DNA of 64,000 nucleotides from Mizuhopecten yessoensis (taxonomy: Eukaryota). The position numbers and the translations under genes were made by a program. The notes beneath the pieces were generated by a model, which did no database searches, had not been told where the DNA came from, and saw only the letters and a list, made by a program, of their open reading frames with translations. The stretch spans positions 1,284,754-1,348,753 of the forward strand of contig NW_018408820.1 in NCBI RefSeq assembly GCF_002113885.1. Direction: 5' to 3'. Positions within the stretch are counted from its first letter, which is position 1, and each line of letters begins with the position of its first letter. This document shows, piece by piece, positions 48,330-58,799 of this stretch.

Positions 48330-48867
48330 GGGAGCCTGAAGTTGGGTCCTAGTTCTTTGTTCCCAGTTCCGTTTAACATAAACATGAACATGAACATGAA
48401 CATGAACATGAACCAGACCCCAGTTTCGTATAGTCTACTTCGCAAAACGGATGGTAAAAGGCGCGTAGTTATATCTGAATCCAGTACAGGAATCGAACAC
48501 ACAACCTTTCACACGAAAATTAAGACTACCATAGCATCTACAAAGAAATTAGTCTGATACGGAACTGAGATTCAAACTCCAGTTACGTTTTTCCTTAAAC
48601 GAAACTGGTAACCAGACCCCAGTTCCGTATAGTAAACGTATATGTTTTTTGTAATTCTTTCCCTGTCTACCTCGCAAAACGAAAGGTCAAAAAGTGCTGG
48701 TTATAACCGAATCCACTACAGAAATCGAACCAACAACCTTTCACAAGAAAAGTAAGCCTCTATAAAGTAATTCGTCTTATACGGACGGACCTGAGATTCA
48801 AACTCCAGTTACGTTTTTCCTTAAACGGAACATGGAACTAGGAACTAGGAACCAACTTCAGGCTCCC
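48330..48867. mobile_element. Mutator-like MITE with 9-bp TSD
   Basis: TIR GGGAGCCTGAAGTTGG / CCAACTTCAGGCTCCC; perfect TSD AAGAAACCA (48321-48329 and 48868-48876); internal ~200-bp direct repeat and (AACATG)n. Confidence 0.85.
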
Positions 48868-50733
48868 AAGAAACCAACCCCGAGTCTGCAGGTGGGCACC
48901 ACATTAGTCGCCTCTTATAATCAAGCAGAAGGATACAGCAGGCCTATTGGATGCTATGACCCTCTATAAAGACGACAGTTTCTCCATTAGTCTGAAGTTA
49001 CCCATGTGTAAATGAAATTGAACCACTTAGATATGGGACGGGGTTACAAAGAATACACTATTGTATATTAATGTACAGATATCTCTGTTGACAGCGTCGT
49101 CACGTCATGTCCCTATCACATTGATATATGTTACAGTGTGTGGGTCTACAGTGTGACAAACAGTGGAGATAAAAACAGAATTTGGTTTGTAAATATTTTC
49201 ATCATCATAAGATACATGCACAATCCAATAAACATTTATAATCGGAGTATAACTAATGGTCGTTCGAATGTGAAATGTGTATCGTTCCGGTCAGTCGGAC
49301 CGCGATAAGTTTAGAGTAGCCGTGGGCACATGTACGGACAGGGACGTAGATAAACTATCGGATAACAACGGGCGGAAGTACTATCAACTTTAACCAAGCA
49401 CATTTTACAATTTCTCGTTATATCATTATCTGTAATGAACAATGTTTATGAAATATGAAAGTCTACAATGTCATTTAAAACTTATGAATACATTCATATT
49501 AAGTTAATTCACCGCTCCTGTCGATTTAGATGCTATCTAGTCACAAACGGTGTCGATTTAGATGCTATCTAGTCACAAACGGTATGATCACTGACTTAGA
49601 TGACTAATTCCGTTGTATGACAAAATAAACACTGGATACTCCCCAAACTGGTGTAATGTTTACGGCACTGATATTGCCACGGTGATACTGTTGTGCATTT
49701 GAAAAAACAAATTGATAATAATCAAAGGTTTTTTCCCGATAGCTGCAGACAGGGATGTAAAGACTGTCCGATTGTCGTTTGCAAACCTTTCTGAAATACC
49801 CAAGATATGTCCAAACCTTTTAAAATGTATACACGTTAATAAAAAATCGAACCATTAACAATTCTTCTAAAATAATATTTTTCTGAAAACTGTTCATTAC
49901 TGATCCACTCAACCAACGTAAACTTCAGTAAAGTAAAGTTGACAATGCTTCAAACACACCTGTTGATTGAAGATAAACAGGTTGACGAGTAAGGGTACAA
50001 TGGCCAGCGACATGTACGTAACGTACCTATGCTTTGATGACGTATGTATGGCGGAAACATGAGTTAGGAAGGAATATACCCTGTACAGGACCGATGCTTG
50101 CATTTATACTACAGTAGAAATTACGCCAACTGGACTTACATTGGGAACATTTTGTGTACATGACCCCGTGTTAGAGGCGCGTTTACCTGGTGTCCGGATT
50201 TACACGTGGGAAGTGGGCGTGTTTGAATCTCAAAAACACAGGTAAGTGTATCACGTGTGTTCAGATACAAATATATAACTATGTTAGTATTACATAAATT
50301 ATTGTACATTTCACTAAACTAATGTACAGTGTTGACTATACACCGCTGCTGAATATTGCGAACTAGGTAAACTATTTTGTATACGCCGTGTGGTGCTGTC
50401 TTCCGACTCAGCTTAGATAATTTCTCTAACTCATTAGGTAAATCGTCAGACTAGTGAAAGCTGTCCCAAGTTTGACCTGTAGCACATGCATTGAAAAAGA
50501 TAACATACATGCTAACTTTTTGAAATTTCCATGGGGAGATTGTGCATGCTCAAAATTAAAAACATAGATACAATGTGTGTATACACTCTCTGGAGACAAA
50601 ATATAACAATTTTCTCATCGCTCGCACGTAGATACATTCTCGAGTCTACCTGCGGTGGCCTCTCGATTTTATCCACGTGCTCGCGATGAGAAACTTTTCT
50701 CACGACAAACCCTGAAAATAAGGTGATATTATA

Positions 50734-51340
50734 TAATTCTCTTACCCTGGACAGGTGTATCCGCACCTGTACCGGTGTGAGATTAATAGAATCTCTCACC
50801 CCCTTAGATAGGGGAATCTCAACCCGAGTGGGGAGATTCTTATATTGCCAAACACGAGTGTTTGGCAACTTAAGAATCTTTCTCCCGAGGGTTGAGATTC
50901 CCATATCTACTCACAATGCTAAATTCAGGATTGACGTGACGTTGAAGGATTGTTGACGTGACTTCATTGTATTGTTGAAGTGACGTCATACCGTTGTTAT
51001 GAATAGGGGAATCTCCCGTCTCAAGCCTATGGTGAGATAAGGAAATCTCACACCGGTAAAAGTGCGGATACACCTGTCTAGGTTAAGAAAATTCCTTTAG
51101 TCTCAACCTGGGGTTCCCCTATTCATAACAATGGTATGACGTCACGTCAACAATACAATGACGTCATGTCAACAATACAATGACGTCACGTCGACAGTCC
51201 ATCAACGTCACTCCCTCGGGGAAAGTTTCTTAAGTTGCCAAACACTCGGCAAAGCCTTGTGTTTTGCAAATTAAGAATCCTCCCACTCGGGTTGAGATTT
51301 CCTAATACCATCCCATAGGGGCTGAGAGATTCTATTAATC
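50734..51340. mobile_element. Composite inverted MITE structure in the P4H first intron
   Basis: 50734-50784 is inverted at 51044-51092, and 50781-51015 is inverted at ~51105-51340. Confidence 0.7.
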
Positions 51341-51448
51341 AGATGACAGATTGTCATCCAAGTAAAACAATTATTGATTTCCAATATCAATGAATTATTC
51401 ACATTTTGTTTTCAGAAATTTCGCGACGGCCTGGAAGTAAAAGCTATT

Positions 51449-54400
51449 ATGGGACAGAAAACGAAAAAGCGTGGTGTCTCTTCAGGAGTCAGAGGTGTTC
51501 CGAAAGGTTCAGGACACACACCAGAGAAGGAAAAAACGGTAAATGTCCTCCCGTCCACAAGGTTCCTTCTAGGTATCATTGTGTGTTTGGGATTAGCAAT
51601 ACTCTTTGCCCTGCTGTACCCTCAAATATCAGGTCCAGCTTCCGATAGGGTAGCACGGTTGGAACCAGAACAGCTGGAGACAGACAGTGATTCTTGGACA
51701 GTGCAGGATACCGCTCATCTGAAAAACGACGACACGGATGACGTACCTGTTTTGAAGCAGAATGATCCAATGATAGATGAAGACATTGAACCAATAAATA
51801 ATGCAAAACAAACCGTCCCCTTAACGAGGAAAGACGATGGTAAGATACATTTTACACAGGAAACTAAACAATCAAATGAAGAAAAACAACACCATCCATC
51901 TAAGGACAACGGTTCATCAACTCAAAGTACGTCCAAGACAAAAATAAAATCCTCTCCAGGCAAGAACAAGAAGAAGTCGAAATCCTTAAAGAAAGAAGCA
52001 TCCTCTAAAAGTGCCTCTAGAACAAAGACTGACGCATCTTCGCCAACCTCTACACCTTCAGATGAGGAAGAATTACCAAAGGAGGTGAGGGACTTCAAGC
52101 CTACATTTCAAAAGACAATGAAACCGAAAAAAATATTCGCCGACGGAAGGAGACTTCCACCGATAGAACTGTTACCACAGAAACCAAACAACAGTAGCGT
52201 CAAGTAAGTATATACTGCTTAAACCAAACAACAGTAGCGTCAAGTAAGTCCATACTGCTTAAACCAAACATGATGTTGTTGATGATGATGATGATGTATT
52301 AAGATGATAATGGTGTATTACTATTGATGATGATTGACAAGGCTGATGATGATATCCAGTCACGATGAGGATGATGATGATGAAAGATATGACGATGCAA
52401 GAGACAAACCAGGCAAATGGGAATTGTATGTATGTGGGTGTATGTGTGTTAATGTATTTATGTAATAAAAATGTCTTTAAAAATAAACAAATTATAAAAA
52501 AAAAAAACCAGTAGCATCAAGTAAGTCCATACTGCTGAAACCAGACAACAGTAGCGTCAAGTAAGTCCATACTGCTGAAACCAAACAACCGTAACGTCAA
52601 GTAAGTCAACACTGCTGAAACCCTAAACAACAGCAGCGTCAAGTAAGTATATACTACTGAAACCAAACAACAGTAGCGTCAAGTAAGTCCATACTGCTGA
52701 AACCAAACAACAGTAGCGTCAAGTAAGTCCATACTGCTGAAACCAGACAACAGTAGCGTCAAGTAAGTCTATACTGCTGAAACCAAACAACAGTAGCGTC
52801 AAGTAAGTCCACACTGCTGAAACCAAACAACAGTAGCGTCAAGTAAGTCCATACTGCTGAAACCAAAAAACAACAGCGTCAAGTAAGTATATACTTCTGA
52901 AACCAAACAACAGTAGCGTCGAGTAAGTGCACATTGCTGAAACCAAACAACAGTAGCGTCAAGTGAGTCCATACTGCTGAAACCAAACAACAGTAGCATC
53001 AAGTAAGTCCATACTGCTGAAACCAAACAACAGTAGCGTCAAGTAAGTCCGTACTGCTGAAACCAAACAACAGTAGCGTCGAATAAGTTGTAAGTTAACA
53101 GCTTTTACCACATAAACGTAACAGTATCGAGTAAGTTTCAGTTAGCTGTAACCATAGGAACATTACAACACCAGCATCAAGTAAGTTGTTACAGAAACCA
53201 AACAGCAACGCCAAGTAACTGTATTGAGTTGTAGTTATTAGTTAGTTTCGACCGCAGAAGCAACAATATAATAATATAGCAATAATACAAAGAGTCGAAG
53301 CAATCTGATCAGCAGCAGCGTCAAGATAGTCTCTTGTCGACCCACTACTGCGTACTTATTAGCTGTTACCACAGAAACCAAACAACAACAGCGTCAGGTG
53401 AGTCCCTTGTCGACCCACTACTGCGTACTTATTAGCTGTTACCACAGAACCCAAACAACAACAGCGTCAGGTGAGCCCCTTGTCGACCCACTACTGCGTA
53501 CTTATTAGCTGTTACCACAGAAACCAAACAACAACAGCATCAGGTAAATCCTTAATCGTCTCGTTCTTTTGTAACTTAAACAATGACGAAAACAAACATA
53601 ACGTTAAATGGGAAGAAAAGCAATCGAAAACGACCCCTAAAATTAATTTAGTCGTAATTTAGTCACATAAAAAAGCACATTTTGTCGATCCATATGAGTA
53701 AGTCTTGATAGATCATAGGCACTTAGTGTTCTAATAATAGCTAGAAATGAGCGGGAAAGCACAATATATTTTGTATAGGTCCTATGCCGTTACAAATAAT
53801 TACCTCACAAAAGTCATACGTGTTTCGTTTGTTTTACTCATTTTTAGCCGTATATAGATAGCACTGTTCTACATGTGTCGCATAATGTACACAGGTTTTG
53901 GTTTTCACTGTTGATCAGTGTTATTTTCGCGGTTTCCTGATCGTTTGATATGAAGCATTACTTGGTTAGAATTGTCCACTGTCTTCATATTCAATTAATC
54001 GACTTAAATCGATAAGCCCGCTATATAAAGGTCATTGATAGCCAGTTTTCTCATCGCCTGTCTTGTGCTATTTCCCTGGAACTATGGATATCGTGATGAC
54101 GTCGTAATTCCGCTGTTCCAGGGTGTTCCTTTATGACGAGTTCTTGTCGGAGGCTGAATGTGATGGTCTCATGAAGGTCCATGACAGTCACGTGACACAG
54201 GCCAACAAACATGATCCTTTCGTCTGCTTCGATTCCATCAGCACACTTAGACAACACCTCAAGGCCAACAAAGTCAAGGTCAAGGTCACTCCACAGGACT
54301 TTATGCCAGGTACTATTATGATAATGATTATTTTTTCTTAATAACGTTGACACTTCATCACATATTTAAACTATGTTGATTGGAGAGTTAGAGTTTGAAA

Positions 54401-57363
54401 TGAAATCTTACAAATATGTTTAATGTAAATTAACTTTAAACTTTAAACGAATGCTTTGTTTAAAACATGTCTTTAAACTACCATAGGAACGCTCTGTGTG
54501 AACGCCACGTTCTCAACCCAGTTGAAGTCGTGGCTCCACTCCAACTGGAGCTACAGTACGGCGTTCTACCCCGGCGAGAGCAGGTTCTCCAAGGTGTTTG
54601 AGTACAGGGTCAAAGAGGCCACCGGCCTCCTTCCAGAAAATGGCGGGAAGTTCCAGCTCACGTCATACCCTCTCGGAATAGGTGAGACAAGCGCTGAAAA
54701 AGTACAAAATCATTAATTTACATCGATCTGGGGACAAAAATTCTTCATGTTTGCAGTTTGTACAGTGATCTGATTATATTTAACATTTTATCTTCAACAC
54801 CTTCTTTGATTAGTCTGTAATACGGTTTTTTCCGTTGATAAGGTAATGACTTTGGCGTTTTCGACTTAGTAGCGTGCGATTGATTTGGCGTTCCCTATCT
54901 ACACATGACGCAAAGGAGTTGCATTACATAAATTTGTGAAAAATTGTTATCTTTTAACGAAAAGTACTCAAAAGACAACGGAGAGTGAAGTAATGAATAT
55001 CCATACTTACAAAGAACGAACTCCACCCCCATCCCACCGACTACCCCCTACCGACTACCCCCACCCCTCACCCCGCAGTTATAGGTTTGTTGAACCGTTT
55101 TACTAATGAATGAATGCATTTTTCATATCAACAGGCTACAAGACACACACAGACTGTATCGAAAACTCAAATGATCAAAGAGACCGCATGGCCACTATAC
55201 TGGTGTACCTTCAGGACGTGGAGGATGGTGGGGAGACCATGTTCCCGGGTAAGTAACAGAGTTCCCTTCAGGACATGGTGAAGGGTGGGGAGACTATGTT
55301 CCCGGGTAAGTAACAGAGGTGCCTTCAGGACGTGGAGGAGGGTGGGGAGACCATGTTCCCGGGGAAGTAACACAGCTCCCTTCAGGACGTGGAGGAGGGC
55401 GGGGAGACTATGTTCCCGGGTAAGTAACAGAGTTCCCTTTAGGACATGGGGGAGGGTGGGGAGACTATGTTCCCGGGTAAGTAACAGAGTTGCCTTCAGG
55501 ACGTAGAGGAGGGTGGGGAGACCATGTTCCCGGGTAGGTAACACAGCTCCCTTCAGGACGTGGAGGAGGGTGGGGAGACCATGTTCCCGGGTAAGTAACA
55601 CAGCTCCCTTCAGGACGTGGAGGAGGGCGGGGAGACTATGTTCCCGGGTAAGTAACACAGCTTCCTTCAGGACGTGGAGGAGGGTATCTGAGAAGTCCAT
55701 GGTTAATGCTCTCGAAATACGTATTTCTCTGTAACCTTATAACCTTTATGATAGAATCGAACGCTCATGGATGGTTATTTGTTTGGTTCCTTAAATTAAA
55801 AAAACTTACCAATCGCAAGGGATAAAGACCGTGATTCCTCTGCTTAGATTAGAGCCGGTAAAGTTTACCTTTACTCTGCCGCGCGATTCCTTCTTATCTT
55901 TCATTTGTCTGAGATCACCCGTTGGCTAAATTCCGTATCACCCCGGGGTGCAAGGCGGTACACTTGAGTACATGACTTTTATTCTGTCATAAAATAACTA
56001 AGGCTGCTGAGTAGAAATGTTATATCGGAAACAGAGCCTTGGATTTCGAGGACTGGAGGAGGGCCTGGAGAACATGTTTCCGAGTATGTTACAGATATGT
56101 ATTTTAAGGACGTTTAGTCAGACAGGGAATCATAGGTCAATAACAGTACTTATGAAAAAATTTCCTGTCGTTTTAGTAAACATAATATATCGGTTTTTCA
56201 AAAAGAAGTCGAGGCAACTTTAGTTATTATAATAAGTACGATTTTATCAAATAGAGAACATCGGATTATGTAGGCATATTTTGGGGCCGCCTTGCAATGT
56301 ATATCATATATCTATTGGCACACGTTCGTTGCATATCAGTGATATGACTAATTTTGTCTACCTGGATGAAACAGTTTTAATTATAAAAAGCTGTGGGTCA
56401 ATTTTCAGAACTGGGCATATGGGTAAAACCACGGAAAGGACGGGCGCTCGTATGGAACAACATGAACGAGGACGGCAAGTGTGAGCCGCTGTCTATCCAT
56501 AAGGCCGCTAAGGTGGATCAAGGTCACAAGTACATTCTACAGAGATGGTGAGTTGCGTATAGTTATCACCACGGGGACCACATAATTTACTATAGTCACA
56601 TTTTGATCTAAATTGAGGTGTTCAGAGTAGTAAAAATGTTTTAGAGGTTTATAACAATTTTCGGTAAAAATGCCATCCCCAGTGATGATATATGCGAGGT
56701 GTTCCGAATATTGATCTAAACCCCTTAGCACCTTAAACGTGTAAAATTACTCTGAGCACCTCATGATAGATTAGGGCAGTATTTTAACAAAAAATTGACA
56801 TAAACCCCTTAATGTGTAAAATTACTTTGAACATCTCAATTTAGGTCCAAATATAGAGGTAGCTAATTATCAGGTCCCTGTGGTTGTTCAAAGTACAGCC
56901 CGGACTGCTAAAAACATATTTATATTAAGAACACTTCATTGACGGTACCTTTTGATTTTACCCATTCAAACTGAAGTTGAAATATCAAGATAGTTTAATT
57001 AAGGCTGTTTCTACAAACGTGTCGAATTAAGGCTGTTACTACAAACGTGTCGAGTTAAGGCTGTTACTACAAACGTGTCTAATGAAGGCTGTTACTAAAA
57101 ACATGTCTAATTAAGGCTGTTACTACAAATGTGTCTGATTGAGGCTGTTACTACAAAGATTTTTTACTCTTTCTTGAAGGTATTACTACAAAAGTTTTTA
57201 CTCGCTGGGTAAGCGACCACCGGAACCGGAAATACCACATCGAGCAGAATTTCAGGGACGCGTTTCTTGTGATGAATACCAGCACGGAAGTTGTCGATGG
57301 TATGACGAGTGGAACTACGACCATTTGGTGGACTATCTCAACAGGAAGGCCACACTTATCTAA
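51449..57363 (+). CDS. Type II membrane-anchored prolyl 4-hydroxylase-like 2OG-Fe(II) dioxygenase (524 aa)
   Basis: Exons 51449-52203, 54122-54309, 54487-54681, 55135-55248, 56409-56547 and 57180-57363 are phase-consistent. N-terminal TM (FLLGIIVCLGLAILFALLYP), VFLYDEFLSEAECD, GYKTHTD (HxD), MATILVYLQDVEDGGETMFP, KPRKGRALVWNN, SIHKAAKV..GHKYILQRW (distal His and 2OG-binding Lys). 5' UTR exon donor at 50241/50242. Confidence 0.9.
52181..53090 (+). repeat. 40-bp tandem array made of P4H exon end + splice donor, interrupted by a poly(A)-tailed insertion (52270-52507)
   Basis: Unit AAACCAAACAACAGTAGCGTCAA|GTAAGTCCATACTGCTG. The first copy is the exon end at 52203. Confidence 0.95.
53333..53548 (+). 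repeat. 73-bp tandem repeat x3 carrying a copy of the P4H exon end between AG and GT
   Basis: TTATTAG-CTGTTACCACAGAAACCAAACAACAACAGCGTCAG-GTGAGT; the 35-nt cores lie at 53363-53397, 53436-53470 and 53509-53543. Confidence 0.9.
55209..55686 (+). repeat. 57-bp tandem array made of P4H exon end + splice donor
   Basis: Unit CTTCAGGACGTGGAGGAGGGTGGGGAGACCATGTTCCCGG|GTAAGTAACAGAGTTCC, ~8 copies. The first copy is the exon end at 55248. Confidence 0.95.
56570..56882. mobile_element. CACAG...CTGTG MITE (same family as 61222-61419)
   Basis: CACGGGGACC..ATAATT / AATTATCAGGTCCCTGTG ends, with internal AGGTGTTCAGAGTA / TACTCTGAGCACCT inverted segments. Confidence 0.7.
56998..57158. repeat. 28-bp tandem repeat (~6 copies) just upstream of the last P4H acceptor
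   Basis: Unit AAGGCTGTTACTACAAACGTGTCTAATT. Confidence 0.9.
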
Positions 57364-58799
57364 ATTTAAAAATCAAACAAACGTAATGGATATACTGCCT
57401 TCTGGTTGACCATCTCAACAATAAAGGAATAAAGACCACGTCTATCTCAATAAACAAAAAACAAAAACAAACATAATGGATCTACGACCATCTGGTGGTC
57501 TGTCTCAGCAGAAAAAAACACACTTATCTTAATAAAGGATTTAAAAAAATGCAATGACTTGATGTTGATGGGGTAACACGAACTAATCTGTTTGATTTTT
57601 CAAAAATGGATTCCAAATACTTCTCGAATCGAATAATTTCATTAACTTTTAACCAAAAAATTGGTTTCTTGAATTTTGAAAGAAATATTTTCTTTCGCAA
57701 ACTGACAAACGGATGTTTTGACGACAACAATTATATTTGATAATAGTACTGTTACCGAGAGGTACTCTCTCGTGTTTATCGAATGTTAGAACGTTCATGT
57801 GGACAAGCAATCAGGAACCGTAAACGAGACGGAAAGTGCCGACAGTTCTCGATTGGTGGACAGGAAGTATCAGGAAGATAAGGGACAATGTACACACGCT
57901 TCACTTTGGCTGTGTTTTTAAGTCTTGACACGTTTATATAATAATTGTTGACATCGTCTTAAAGTAATAGTGAGCAAAATGGCAAGATCAGTAATTGCTG
58001 TTTTTGAAGCTAATGAACACATATGACGCAAACAAAATGCCGGATGAAGTTTGAGTTTAGCAAGGGCATAACAAGCATGATGGTTGAAGGCAATATCGAG
58101 CGCACTAAAGCATACTTGGCATGTGTAGGGTTGTACTAATGCAGTCAAGCTCAGCTAAATGAAATACAGTTATCGTTGCTAATTTAAAAATTAGAAACCT
58201 TTTAACAGAACCAGGAAGTACTATTTGACCGTTTTGACCAAAAAAAAAAATTGGTCACAAATATAACGAACAGGTTTGGCTTCCATCTCATCAGATAGTT
58301 TAAAGTCAGTTTTCAGTATTTTAAAATTGTGTTTTTAAAATATGTATGCGTTTGAGGTAGTTTCCGTATTTTGATTAAATATTTTTACAATCTACACTGT
58401 TTTACAGAACTTCTCTTCATAATTGGATTTTGTGTTTTATCATAAAGCCTCAATGTTCTAGTCTATAAAATGTACAGTCGCGCACAAGTGATAAACTATG
58501 TATATACTGTACATTTCTGCGGTGCGTTTGAATATTGGTTAAGCTCTGAAAACTTCGTTGCGGTTATATAATGACGAATATTTTTGAAGTATAAAGCATG
58601 CGTAGATAAATGTTAAATCATATGTTGCATTAAGAATTGTGATGACGTTACTGATATGTGCCATGACGTCATGGACAAGACTATTGTTCGTCTCTGAACA
58701 ATAGCACGTTTCCCTAGTGACGGTAGTTATGCGCGCGTAATATTTCAAGCGCCAAGACGTTCTGCAATTGTTAGCAAAAAGCATTCTTAAAAAAACGTG

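Noticed and set aside
55167-55734. 177-aa and 73-aa repetitive ORFs
   Set aside because: Products of the 57-bp donor-derived tandem repeat.
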